From an uncultured Planctomycetaceae bacterium (GTDB lineage Bacteria > Planctomycetota > Planctomycetia > Planctomycetales > Planctomycetaceae), in the NCBI GenBank assembly GCA_963813715.1, contig CAWFAK010000005.1:832001-896000 (forward strand): a stretch of 64,000 nucleotides of DNA, written 5' to 3'. The notes under the pieces are model-generated. The model was not told the DNA's origin. It saw only the letters and a program-made list of their open reading frames with translations, and ran no database searches. Position 1 is the stretch's first letter. Every line of letters begins with the position of its first letter. Positions 42,467 to 53,906 of this stretch are shown piece after piece. The translations under genes were made by a program, and so were the position numbers.

Positions 42467-43451
42467 TTACCGCGGCACGATCCAGATATTGCGGAACCGG
42501 ACCGGGTTGCCGTGGTCTTGCAGGAAGATCGGGCCGGGGTGTTCGTCGGCGCGGTGGCCGCCGGGGGTCGCGCCCTTCAGCTCAAGGTTGTATTGGATGG
42601 GCATGCCGTTGTGCCGCACGGTGACGACGGCGTTTTCTTTCTTGGTCTTGCCGTCGGGCGTGAAGCGGGCCGCCCGGAAGTCGATGTCGTAGGTCTGCCA
42701 CGAGAGGGGCGGAAAGCACATGTTGACCAGCGGCTTGGCCGCGTGGTAGATGCCGCCGCACTCGTTGTCGGCACCCTCGAGGCCGAATGAATCGAGGACT
42801 TGCACTTCGTACTGATCGGCCAGGTAGACGCCGCTGTTGCCGCGCCCCTGACCGCGTGCGGTGGGCATGAACGGAGTGCGGAATTCGATGTGCAGCAAAA
42901 AGTCCTCGAACGTTTGCTTCGTGGTCGCCGGGACGCCCAAGAGATCGCCCTCTGCCAGCGTGCCGACGCTCCAGGCGGACGTGTTCTTGCCGTCAAACAG
43001 CACGGTGGCTCCCGGCGGCGGCACGGCGCCTGCCGTCGGCGAGGTGCGCTCGATTTTTTTCAATTCGAACTTCACGCCGTCCTCGGCCGTGCCGGCAAAC
43101 AGGCCGTCCTTGATGGTCCCGTCGAAATTCTTGCCCTTGAGATGGGCCGTGCCGTCGGTGGTGTCGCCGTGCAGGTGGACTTTCGTCTTGCCATCCCAGC
43201 CGGCTCCCGGCAGTCCGTTGGTGTAAATCACGGCGTCGAAGCGGCCGCCGCCCAAGCGCGATAACCTGCGCGCCGATCTTGGCCTTGGTGCCGATCGTCG
43301 CCCACGTACTCGCCCTGAACGGCGAAGTCCGGGCCGGCCTCTTTGGGATCGAGGATCGCCCGTTTGTGCTGGGCGAAGGCGGTGAGCGGAATGAGCAGGA
43401 GGGTCGACGAAGCGAGACGACCCAGCGCGTCGAGCGGGGCAGCAGCATCAT
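42467..43451 (-). CDS. Secreted DUF1080 domain protein (frameshift ~43255)
   Basis: VLFDGK, GNSGVY, YEVQVLDS, WQTYDI, LQDHGNPVRFRNIW. Confidence 0.9.
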
Positions 43452-43548
43452 GGCGGGCCTTCTGGAACGGGCTTTTTGGAATGTGCGTCGCGGCAGGAAG
43501 TCGACTGGCTGGCGTCCAGGTTAGCCGGTGGCGCCACAGCGGGCCACG

Positions 43549-43794
43549 TCACGGCCTGCGAAGTCGCAGCCGGATCCAGATTTCGACGGCCAGTATCGCC
43601 CACACGACGGCTACGAGGAGAGCCGGTCCGTAGAAGAGCTCCGCCCAGCCCAGGAGAGGGTGCCCTGAAAAGATCCGAACGAGAGCCAGGTTCAGTCCTG
43701 CACAAAGCACCACGAGCACCGGATACGCGGCGAGCATTACAATTGTGATTCGCCGCAACGCGATCCGCTCGTCGTTGGAGAGATTTGGCTTCAT
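43549..43794 (-). CDS. Small two-TM membrane protein
   Basis: Two hydrophobic helices, basic tail. Confidence 0.5.
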   Translation of the reverse strand: MKPNLSNDERIALRRITIVMLAAYPVLVVLCAGLNLALVRIFSGHPLLGWAELFYGPALLVAVVWAILAVEIWIRLRLRRP

Positions 43795-43843
43795 GAAACT
43801 GGCCCAGACTGCCGGCAAGGTGCTTCCCTCAAGATAAGGATCC

Positions 43844-44722
43844 GTGATGTCCACCCGTGCTGCAACCGAGTATCGCTACGAAAAACTGACCTGGCTGGAG
43901 ATCAACGACGCCGTCGAGCTGGGCAAAGTCTGCATCGTGCCGTGTGGGGCCGTCGAACAGCACGGGCCGCACCTGCCGCTCGACGTCGATCTGATCTGCC
44001 CGCTCGGCATCGCCAACGGCGCGGGCCGCGCGATTCCGTCCAAAATTCTGGTGCTGCCGATCCTGGCCTACGGCTACACGGGCCACGTGATGGATTTTCC
44101 CGGCACGATCAACACGCACTACGAGACCTACATCAAGCAGGTGCTCGACGTGACGAAGTCGCTCGCCTACCACGGCTTCAAGCGGATCATCCTCTTGAAC
44201 GGTCACGGCTCGAACATGCCCAACCTCGACCTGGCGGCCCGGCGGACGAATCTCGAGACCGACGCCGACTGCGTGGTCTGCGCCTGGTGGAACCTCTTAA
44301 CCGTCGACAAGGAGTTCCTGCCGAGCTGGCGCGAGAGCAAATTCCCCGGCGGCTGCGCGCACGCCTGCGAGCTGGAGACGTCGATGTATCTCTACCTCGA
44401 CGAGGAAAACGTTCGCAAAGACAAGATCAAGAGCGGCACCATCTCGATCAACCACGAAGAGAGCCCGTTCAACTACGTCGATCTGTTCGGCTCGGGCCCG
44501 GCGACCGTCGTCTCGTGGACCAGCAGCTATTCGCAAACGGGTGTCTTGGGCGACGCGGAAAAGGCCACGAAGGAAAAAGGCGAGCGGGCCTACAATGAGG
44601 CGGTCAAACAGCTCGTCCGCTTCGTCGAGTATTTTTTGCAACGTCCGCGAGACCAACGGCACCGCGAGCAGCGCATGCGTCCGACAATGCCGATCCCGTG
44701 GGGACAGATGGACGAGGTTTAG
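43844..44722 (+). CDS. Creatininase/creatinine amidohydrolase family protein
   Basis: GAVEQHGPHLPLDVD, HVMDFPGT, NGHGSN, HACELETS. Confidence 0.92.
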   Translation: MMSTRAATEYRYEKLTWLEINDAVELGKVCIVPCGAVEQHGPHLPLDVDLICPLGIANGAGRAIPSKILVLPILAYGYTGHVMDFPGTINTHYETYIKQVLDVTKSLAYHGFKRIILLNGHGSNMPNLDLAARRTNLETDADCVVCAWWNLLTVDKEFLPSWRESKFPGGCAHACELETSMYLYLDEENVRKDKIKSGTISINHEESPFNYVDLFGSGPATVVSWTSSYSQTGVLGDAEKATKEKGERAYNEAVKQLVRFVEYFLQRPRDQRHREQRMRPTMPIPWGQMDEV

Positions 44723-44765
44723 TTCAGCGCGATCGGCGAGTACCTCAATCGGGGTATCGCGATGA

Positions 44766-45179
44766 TTACGGCGCACGGCCGTAGGCCTCTTTCTCGAACG
44801 GGTTTTCGCGGTACGGGTCGCGGCCTTTGAGCCAGAGGTAGATGCTGGCCAAGCCGTAGGCCGGCAGGAAGAGCGGACCCCAGCGTTCGTATTGCTCGAC
44901 GTGGACCCGCTCGTGCTCGCGAGTGCTTTCCAGGAACTCTGCGGTCTGGCCCAGGACGACGTGACCCAGCGTCATGGCGGCCCCCGAGCCGATGAGGGGC
45001 AGTCCGCGGCGGAGAAACGCAGTCGCAAATCCGCCGTGGACTTCGACCACGCCGTCGACGATGCGGGCCGAGCCGCCCGTCAGGCAGGCGATCAGCACGA
45101 CGAGCAGGCCGAGCAGCGTGTTGGGCGCCGCCCAGAGGTAACCGGCAACTCGGCAAGCTGCCCGCCACAAAGCCCGCAA
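44766..45179 (-). CDS. Small HExxH-motif membrane/metallopeptidase-like protein
   Basis: [28 protein letters not shown]. Confidence 0.75.
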   Translation of the reverse strand: MRALWRAACRVAGYLWAAPNTLLGLLVVLIACLTGGSARIVDGVVEVHGGFATAFLRRGLPLIGSGAAMTLGHVVLGQTAEFLESTREHERVHVEQYERWGPLFLPAYGLASIYLWLKGRDPYRENPFEKEAYGRAP

Positions 45180-45192
45180 GAAGGGCCGCAGG

Positions 45193-47187
<1,995 letters not shown>

Positions 47188-47189
47188 GG

Positions 47190-47804
47190 TTAGCCTCCTG
47201 CTGCGTGGGAGTTGTCGGCGAGCCTGGTGCCGGACAGGGCCTTTTCGATGGCCGTCTCGAGCGAACCTTCTTCATCCATGTTCCAAACGATTTTGCCATC
47301 GCTGCCGACGACCCAGACCTGCGGGATCATGTTGACCCCCAGCGCGCTCATGGTGTCGACGGCCCCGTACCCGCATGGCCAGGTGATGTGGGTCTCGGAG
47401 AGGAATTGCTTCATCTGGGTGAGCTTGTTTTCCGAATCGCTGGTGAGGCCGATGAAGATCACGCCCCGCTTGTGGTAAGCGTCGTATGCTTCGACCAGGT
47501 GCGGAGCTTCGGCCCGGCACGGGCCGCACCAATGGGCCCACGCGTCGACGACCAGCACCTTGCCCTTCAGGCTCTCGGGTGTCGGCCGCGTACCGTTGAG
47601 CCAGCCTTCGGCTCGAATGGCCGGCAGCGGTTCGCCCGCCGCCAGTCCGCCGCGCGGCGCGACCTCTTGATGCAAAAACATCGAGAAGGTCATGCTGACC
47701 AGCGCGATGGCGATCACCACCAGCAAGAACCCGACCAGCTTGCGCCCCGGCGACGACGGGGGCGGGACGGGAACACGGTCGGCGGCCTGCGACATTCGAC
47801 GCAT
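47190..47804 (-). CDS. TlpA-like membrane-anchored thiol-disulfide oxidoreductase
   Basis: TM anchor, WAHWCGPC, cis-Pro IP motif. Confidence 0.88.
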   Translation of the reverse strand: MRRMSQAADRVPVPPPSSPGRKLVGFLLVVIAIALVSMTFSMFLHQEVAPRGGLAAGEPLPAIRAEGWLNGTRPTPESLKGKVLVVDAWAHWCGPCRAEAPHLVEAYDAYHKRGVIFIGLTSDSENKLTQMKQFLSETHITWPCGYGAVDTMSALGVNMIPQVWVVGSDGKIVWNMDEEGSLETAIEKALSGTRLADNSHAAGG

Positions 47805-47893
47805 CCTTTTCCAACCGGGAAGAGACCGCTCAAGCCGCGGCGGGGCGACGAAGTGCGGCGGTCACGATCCCGGCAATTCGCTCAGTCCGTATC

Positions 47894-49424
47894 TTACAGT
47901 CCGTATAACGGCTCGAACTTGGCCTTGAGGTGTGCCACCAGCGGCTCGTGCGACAAGGGTTGCCCGGTGATCCGCTCGACCAGCTTGCCCGGCGGGAACT
48001 GCCGCCCGAGCTGATGCACGTTATCCTTGAGCCAGGTCCGTAGCGGCACGAAGTCTCCCTTGGCGAACTGCGCATCGAGATCGCCGACCGCCTTGCGCGC
48101 CGTTTGGAACAACTGGGCCGCGTACATGTTGCCGAGCGCATAGGTGGGGAAATAGCCGAGCATGCCGCCGCTCCAGTGAATGTCCTGCAAGCAGCCTTCC
48201 GCGTCTTTGGCCGGCGTGATCCCCAGCGACTGCGTGTATTGTTCGTTCCAGGCGGCCGGCACGTCGGCCGGCTTGAGCTGCCCTCCGATCAGCTGCTGCT
48301 CCAGCTCGAAGCGGATCATGATGTGCAAGTTGTACGTCACCTCGTCCGCCTCGACGCGGATGAAGCTCGGGTGCACGTCGTTGACGGCCGCGTAAAACGC
48401 TTCCCGCGGCACGGAGCCCAGCGCCTCGGAAAAGCGAGTCTGCGCCTGCGAGTAAAAGTGCTTCCAAAAGGCCTGGCTGCGGCCGACGAAGTTCTCCCAC
48501 ATCCGCGATTGCGATTCGTGAATTCCTAGGGAGGCCGCCTCACCGACGGGCGTGCCGAACGCTTTGGGATCGAGTCCCTGCTCGTACAGCCCGTGCCCCG
48601 CTTCGTGCAGCACGCCGAAGAAGGCGCCGGGAAAGTGATGTTCGTCGTAGCGCGTGGTGAGCCGGCAGTCGCCCGGGCCCATGCCGCTGCAAAACGGGTG
48701 GGGCGACTCGTCGAGCCGGCCGTCCTGAAAACTGAAGCCGATCGCGGCCGCTGCTGCTTTGGCGAACTCGGCCTGAGCGGCTTTCGGGTAATAGCGAGTG
48801 AGGATCGAGACGTCGGGCCGCTTCGTCGCGCCGGCGATCGCTCGCACCAGGGGAACGAGCGCGGCACGCAGCGAGGCAAAGATCTTCGCCACGTCGGTCG
48901 ATTTCGCGCCGGGCTCGTAATCGTCGAGCAGCGCATCGTAGGGCGCACCGTTGCCGACTCCGGTCGCCTCCGCCCAGCGCAGCCGCTTCCTCCTGCTTGA
49001 GGGCGACGATTTTTTCCAGCCAGGGCCGGAACATCTCGAAGTTCGATTTCTTCCGCGCCTCGACCCAGTTCTGCTGCGCGAGCGAGGTGACCCGCGTCAG
49101 CTCCTCGACGAGCCGCGTCGGCAGCTTCGTCAGCCGATCGTAACGGCGACGCGCTTCGCGGAGATTGGCGTCGAACAGGCCGTTGGAGCCCGGTGGTTTG
49201 TCCGCAGTTTCGAGCGCGGAGATCAATTCGCCCAGCCGCGGAGTCGTCAATTGTTGATGGACTATGCCCGCCAGCAGGCTCATCTGGTCGGCCCGGTGCG
49301 CGGCCCCGCCCGGCGGCAAGTAGGTCTGCTCGTCCCAGCCCAGCTGATTCTGGACCGAGCCCAACAGCACGGCCTTCCGCCAGGAATCGAGCAATTCGTC
49401 GTAGAGCGCCTGTGTCGAGGCCAT
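47894..49424 (-). CDS. Carboxypeptidase M32 (frameshift ~48950)
   Basis: LGWDEQTYLP, HPF, HEAGH, HESQSR, IRVEADE, GCLQDIHW, GYFPTY. Confidence 0.93.
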
Positions 49425-49525
49425 CGCGTCTCCCCGCTGCCGTCTTCTTCGCCCGGCTAAAGCATAATCAGTCGGACGGGTGGCTGTCCCGTCCGGACTT
49501 GGAGGTGAGGCTGGTGTCAGAAAGC

Positions 49526-49574
49526 CCCCCTCACCCCTGGGCCCCTCTCCCGCGAGGGGAGAGGGGAGAAGGAA
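49526..49574 (+). repeat. REP-like palindromic repeat, copy A
   Basis: CCCCCTCACCCC..CCCCTCTCCC-GCGAG-GGGAGAGGGG; 44/49 identical to 50149-50197. Confidence 0.9.
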
Positions 49575-49667
49575 TGGTGGACACTCGATTGGCGAGATCG
49601 TGTATTCTCTTCGTGAGGCTCTGGCGATCGACCTGCTTTCCGATCGAAATGACCTAAATGAATCCTG

Positions 49668-49802
49668 TTCCCCTCTCCCCTCGCGAGTGCCTCGCACAAA
49701 AGATGACGGGATCGGGTGGCACAAATTTGGGCTGATTTGTGGACAACTGGACTGAGATCGCCGAAGGCGCCCCCTCGCGGGAGAGGGGCCAGGGGTGAGG
49801 GG
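49668..49802 (-). repeat. REP-like repeat copy B (inverted), split by an 85-bp insert
   Basis: 49668-49685 plus 49780-49802 reconstitute the reverse complement of copy A; CCCCTCGCG duplicated at 49677 and 49771. Confidence 0.85.
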
Positions 49803-49808
49803 CCGCTT

Positions 49809-50204
49809 TTGACTCGCGACGTGGACCGCGCACGAGAGCTGCGGCGCTCGCCAACCGAAGCAGAAGTATTTCTCTGGCGGCAACTGCGCAGCCGCGCCTT
49901 TCAAGGCTTGAAATTCCGCCGCCAAGTCGCGCTCGGAAAGTACATTGCCGATTTCGTCTGTCTGGAAAAACGCTTGATCATCGAAGTGGACGGTGGCCAG
50001 CACAACGAAGAGGCGAATCGCCAATACGACCGAGCGCGGGATAAGTGGTTGCGATCGCAGGGCTTTCGCATTCTGCGGTACTGGAATAATGAAGTCTTCG
50101 AAGAATTCGAGGGGATTGCGGAGGCAATTTGGCGGGCGGCGAAAGAGGCCCCCTCACCCCCTGCCCTCTCTCCCGCAAGGGGAGAGGGGAGAAGGAAAAC
50201 GTAG
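49809..50204 (+). CDS. DUF559 / Vsr-like endonuclease
   Basis: ARELRRSPTEAE..LW..LR, KFRRQ, YIADF, LIIEVDGGQH, DRARD..L..GFRILRYWN; TTG start inferred. Confidence 0.92.
   Translation: MTRDVDRARELRRSPTEAEVFLWRQLRSRAFQGLKFRRQVALGKYIADFVCLEKRLIIEVDGGQHNEEANRQYDRARDKWLRSQGFRILRYWNNEVFEEFEGIAEAIWRAAKEAPSPPALSPARGEGRRKT
50149..50197 (+). repeat. REP-like palindromic repeat, copy C (inside DUF559 3' end)
   Basis: Direct repeat of copy A; translated as PSPPALSPARGEGR. Confidence 0.9.
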
Positions 50205-50261
50205 GGATCGCTCTCAAGAGTGACCGAGTGAACAGCGGGCCCACCATTGCAGAGTCGCCGA

Positions 50262-50993
50262 TCAGGTCTGGCCGCTGTCCGTGGGCGTCGCGCTGAGTGC
50301 TGGAGCCGATTCCACGGGGCGGGGACTCATCGGACCGGGTGGGCCGCGGCGGGCCCTCCGGCGGGCGTTGAGCCATTCGATGCCCATCGGCATAACCGAG
50401 ATCAGCACGATGGCCACCATCACCAATTCGAAGTGGTTCTTGATGAGCGGGATGTTGCCGAAGTAGTAGCCGCCCAGCAAGAACAGGCAGATCCAGGTGG
50501 CGCCGCCGACACAATTGAACTGCCAGAAGCGGACGTAACCCATGCGGGCGATGCCGGCCACGAACGGGGCGAACGTGCGGACGATGGGGATGAACCGGGC
50601 GATCACGATCGTCTTGCCGCCGTGACGTTCGTAGAACTCGTGCGTATGCACGAGGTGCTTCTTGTTGAGCAGCCATGAGTTTTCGTAATGAAACACCTTC
50701 GGGCCGAGGACGTAGCCGACCCAATAGTTCACCGCGTCGCCGGCGATCGCCGCCACGATCAAGAGGGGCACGGACAGCGCGATGCTCAAGTGCGAGCCTT
50801 CGCGGGCCGCCAGCATGCCGAAGGCGAACAGCAGCGAATCGCCGGGCAGAATCGGCGTGACGACGAGACCCGTCTCGCAAAAGATCACGACGAACATCAA
50901 CAGGTAGAGCCACGGGCCGAACGTCGTCGCGACCGTGTCGAGATGCTTGTCGAGATGCAGCAGCAGATCGATGCCTTGCCGGACCAGGTCCAT
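50262..50993 (-). CDS. dedA: DedA family membrane protein
   Basis: IFCETGLVVTPILPGDSLLF, GDAVNY, ARFIPIVRTFAPFVAG. Confidence 0.93.
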   Translation of the reverse strand: MDLVRQGIDLLLHLDKHLDTVATTFGPWLYLLMFVVIFCETGLVVTPILPGDSLLFAFGMLAAREGSHLSIALSVPLLIVAAIAGDAVNYWVGYVLGPKVFHYENSWLLNKKHLVHTHEFYERHGGKTIVIARFIPIVRTFAPFVAGIARMGYVRFWQFNCVGGATWICLFLLGGYYFGNIPLIKNHFELVMVAIVLISVMPMGIEWLNARRRARRGPPGPMSPRPVESAPALSATPTDSGQT

Positions 50994-51026
50994 TACATTT
51001 CCTCGGCCGGCAATGCCGGACCCAGC

Positions 51027-51149
51027 GATAAAAGCACGAATGACGAAATCCGAATGACGAATGAATTTCCGAAGCACAAATGACCGGAGCCGCCTTCGTT
51101 CGGGCTTAGATCATTGGGTCATTCCGTCGTCATTCGTGCTTTAATCATT
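51027..51149. repeat. AATGAC/GTCATT-type inverted repeat element (copy 2)
   Basis: Arms 51027-51046 and 51127-51146 complementary at 19/20; repeated GAATGAC units. Confidence 0.8.
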
Positions 51150-53379
51150 CTCGCCGCGCCCCTTCCGGAGCGGTCCCCATTTGATAGAGGGGCAGGAAGC
51201 GATAATACACTTCCAGACAAAGCGTGCTCAACGCGGTGGAATAGATGCGGCCGCCGTATTGGGCCCAGGGGCCGAGCGGATCCCAGCTGCCCGCGAAATC
51301 GCCGTCAGTCCGCTGTTCGGAGGTCAACAGGTCGCGGATCGCTCCGTTCCAATCGCGCCAGCCCTCGCCCCCGTATTGGTACATGGCCAGCGTCCCGTAG
51401 TACCAGTAGTACTCGTTGAAGGTCGTCCGCGTGGGGAGCCGGGCGAGCAGATATTCGGCGGCCTCGCGTGAGGCCGCGTTGTCCCGCCGCATGCCGAGCA
51501 TTTGTTTGCAGAACATGGCCTCGGCCGTCATCGAGGGGGACGGCGGTGAGTCTTCGCGGTAGCCGGCCAGTCCGCCGTAGGTCCCCAGGCTGCGGCCCTT
51601 GAGGAACGCGACGACGTCGGCCTTGGCGTTCCGCGGCACATTCACGCCGGCGATTTCGGCACTCTTGAGCGCCATCAAGTGCCAACCCGACATGCTGATG
51701 TCGCTCTTCTGACCTTTGAGGTAGCGCCACCCGCCGTCTGGATTTTGATTTTGCAGGATGTAGTGCACGCCGCGCAACAGCGGCTCGCGGAGCATGGTGT
51801 TGGAGGTCGGATCGTTCTGCATGCCGTACGCCTCGGCAATGGCGTAGGTGGCGATGCCGTGGCAATAGTTCATCGCGAAGTGACCCGCGTCGAAGCCGAG
51901 ATTGCCGTCCGACTTTTGTTGCGAGATCAACCACCGCAGCGCCCGGTCGACGGTCTCGGAGTATTGGCCCTCTTCGTGCGTGTAGCCCGCGCCAAGAAAC
52001 GCGAGCACGGCAAGCGCCGTCACGCCGCTGTCGGCGTCGCGGCCGGCGTAATCGCGGTCGACTCCGTTTTCGTCGAACTTCACCTTGCCGGCGCCGAACG
52101 CTTTCGCTTCCCAGCGGCCGTCGCGGCTTTGCATCTTGGACAGCCAGCGGAGGCTGGCCTCGACGGCGTGCTCGGACTGTTCGGTGCCGCCGAACTGGCG
52201 GGCGTTTTCTTTGCGATTGGACAGTTTTCGCAGGCGATAGGTCGGCGCCACGCCCGCGCTGCGTTTGACGATCAACGGCTCCGACCCGACTCCGGAGCCT
52301 TGGATGGCGGGCGACGGGCGGTCGTCGGGCGACTGATAATCCTCGACGCGCGTCGGCTCGGGCTGCGGCGTTGTGGATCCGCTCAATGCGCCGCTCGGCA
52401 CACGATCGACCACCATCCCCGAAAGTGCACCGGGCTGTTGCGGCGTGATCGCCCCAGCGGCCGAAGGGCTGGCGATGGTCGCCGGCTTTGCCGGCTGGGC
52501 GACGCTCGGGTCCGTTTCCATTTGCGGCGTCGGTACCGGGGCGGGGGCCGCGTCGCGACGGAGCGGATCGGTCCCTGGAATGCTGGCGACATTCGCCTTG
52601 GGAGCGGGAACGGGCAAATCGGGCAGCGACGACGGTTCGGGATACATGGACTCGTCGGGGACCGAGGGCAGCCCGGTCGTCACGGGTGTCTGACGCTCGA
52701 CACTGGCTGCCGCCGTCGGTGCGGTCGAACGCTCGGCGGGCCGCGGAACGGTGTCGGCCGCCGGGGTTGAGAGCGGGGCCGACTTGGGGACTTCGATGTC
52801 GGGCGTCTGCGTCGATTTTTTCGGAGTCGCCGCGGATTCTTGCAAGGGCGTGGCCGTCGGCGGCGGCTGCACGTCGGGCAGCGTCGCCAGATCGGGGGCC
52901 GGCAGTTCGGCGGGTTTCGGCGACTGGGCCACGCGGCCTACGCTCGGCGCGGCGGCCGGCGCCGGCAGCGTTGGCTGCGGGCCGAGCGGCTTCATCTGCC
53001 CGGGATTGGCGATGCGGTCCCACACGGGCGTCTGACCGGCGCCGCCGACGTCGGCTCCGAAATCGCGTTCGGCTTGCGCAGTCACGCTGCGGATAACCAC
53101 GCGGTGCGATTGCTCGCCGCCGTCGGGATCGCCGGGGGGTAGGACAGGGGTCGGCACGACGGTCACCACGCCGACCAGGCAGCCGAAGTGAAGCATCAGT
53201 GAGAAGAGCAGCGCTTTGCCGGTGACGCGGCGGTCGCCCCAGCGGGTGACGAACATCGTGATCAGGTGCAGCGCCGACAGGATGCACGCCCCGATCAACA
53301 CGCCCCACAGCAGCGATTGCGGATCGAGCTTGGTCCCCTGCAGAAAGTGGCGCAGCAAGTCGCCGACGGCGTGCCTCAT
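51145..53379 (-). CDS. Membrane-anchored Pro-rich protein with prenyltransferase/squalene-oxidase (QW-like) repeat domain
   Basis: Two TM helices, Pro-rich stalk, SLRWL..Q..DGRW, QNPDGGWRY, YYWYYGT, GGRIYSTALSTLCLEVYYR. Confidence 0.88.
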   Translation of the reverse strand: MRHAVGDLLRHFLQGTKLDPQSLLWGVLIGACILSALHLITMFVTRWGDRRVTGKALLFSLMLHFGCLVGVVTVVPTPVLPPGDPDGGEQSHRVVIRSVTAQAERDFGADVGGAGQTPVWDRIANPGQMKPLGPQPTLPAPAAAPSVGRVAQSPKPAELPAPDLATLPDVQPPPTATPLQESAATPKKSTQTPDIEVPKSAPLSTPAADTVPRPAERSTAPTAAASVERQTPVTTGLPSVPDESMYPEPSSLPDLPVPAPKANVASIPGTDPLRRDAAPAPVPTPQMETDPSVAQPAKPATIASPSAAGAITPQQPGALSGMVVDRVPSGALSGSTTPQPEPTRVEDYQSPDDRPSPAIQGSGVGSEPLIVKRSAGVAPTYRLRKLSNRKENARQFGGTEQSEHAVEASLRWLSKMQSRDGRWEAKAFGAGKVKFDENGVDRDYAGRDADSGVTALAVLAFLGAGYTHEEGQYSETVDRALRWLISQQKSDGNLGFDAGHFAMNYCHGIATYAIAEAYGMQNDPTSNTMLREPLLRGVHYILQNQNPDGGWRYLKGQKSDISMSGWHLMALKSAEIAGVNVPRNAKADVVAFLKGRSLGTYGGLAGYREDSPPSPSMTAEAMFCKQMLGMRRDNAASREAAEYLLARLPTRTTFNEYYWYYGTLAMYQYGGEGWRDWNGAIRDLLTSEQRTDGDFAGSWDPLGPWAQYGGRIYSTALSTLCLEVYYRFLPLYQMGTAPEGARRE

Positions 53380-53807
53380 CGGTGGGCCTCGGACTTGAGG
53401 CGCACGGGCAGCGACACGACGTTGATCTTCGCTCGGTCGCACACCGCCAGCACGTCGACCACGTTTTGATACGGGCCCTGTCCCTCGCCGCGAATCAGCA
53501 CGGTCTGGTCGGCGTAGTTCTTCTTGGCCTTCACCAGCTCGGCTTCCAATTCCGGCAACGTCCGCGGCTTGCCGTTGAGTTGCAACTTGCCGTTGGCGGC
53601 AACGTTGACGACCATCTCGTCGGGCAGGGCGGTCAGCGGGCGGGCGCTGGCGGCGGTGGCCAGCTGCACGTCGAACTTCTGCTCGGCGTCCTCGTCGGCG
53701 GCAAATCGCGTGGCCAACATCAGGAACAGGAGCAGGTTGAAGACGATGTCGACGAGGGGCGTGAGGTTGATGTGCGGCTCCTCCATCGGCTCCTGCTTGA
53801 ATGGCAT
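53376..53807 (-). CDS. exbD: ExbD/TolR biopolymer transport protein
   Basis: INLTPLVDIVFNLLLFLM, VLIRGE, YQNVVDVL; ATGA overlap with the next gene. Confidence 0.92.
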   Translation of the reverse strand: MPFKQEPMEEPHINLTPLVDIVFNLLLFLMLATRFAADEDAEQKFDVQLATAASARPLTALPDEMVVNVAANGKLQLNGKPRTLPELEAELVKAKKNYADQTVLIRGEGQGPYQNVVDVLAVCDRAKINVVSLPVRLKSEAHR

Positions 53808-53906
53808 CGCACACCCTCCGGAATGGCCCCATCGTCTAACCCGAACTATATCCCAGACCGGCAGTTTGGGTACATGCGAGAAGTTCGGGGGAGGCGGGTC
53901 TCGGCG

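Noticed and set aside
43844..44722. Creatininase as mycofactocin peptidase MftE in a RiPP cluster
   Set aside because: No precursor peptide, radical SAM or other mft genes nearby.
49471..49498. Hairpin GTCGGACGGG..CCCGTCCGGAC sharing motifs with the 38-kb array
   Set aside because: Single short imperfect hairpin; the similarity could be chance at this GC content.
49716..49808. Extended N-terminus of the DUF559 ORF from GTG 49716
   Set aside because: It starts inside the 85-bp insert and translates the palindrome; TTG 49809 with an SD-like sequence fits the family length better.
53380..53832. 895-aa version of the prenyltransferase-repeat ORF
   Set aside because: The extension overlaps exbD entirely; ATG 53379 overlapping the exbD stop is the plausible start.
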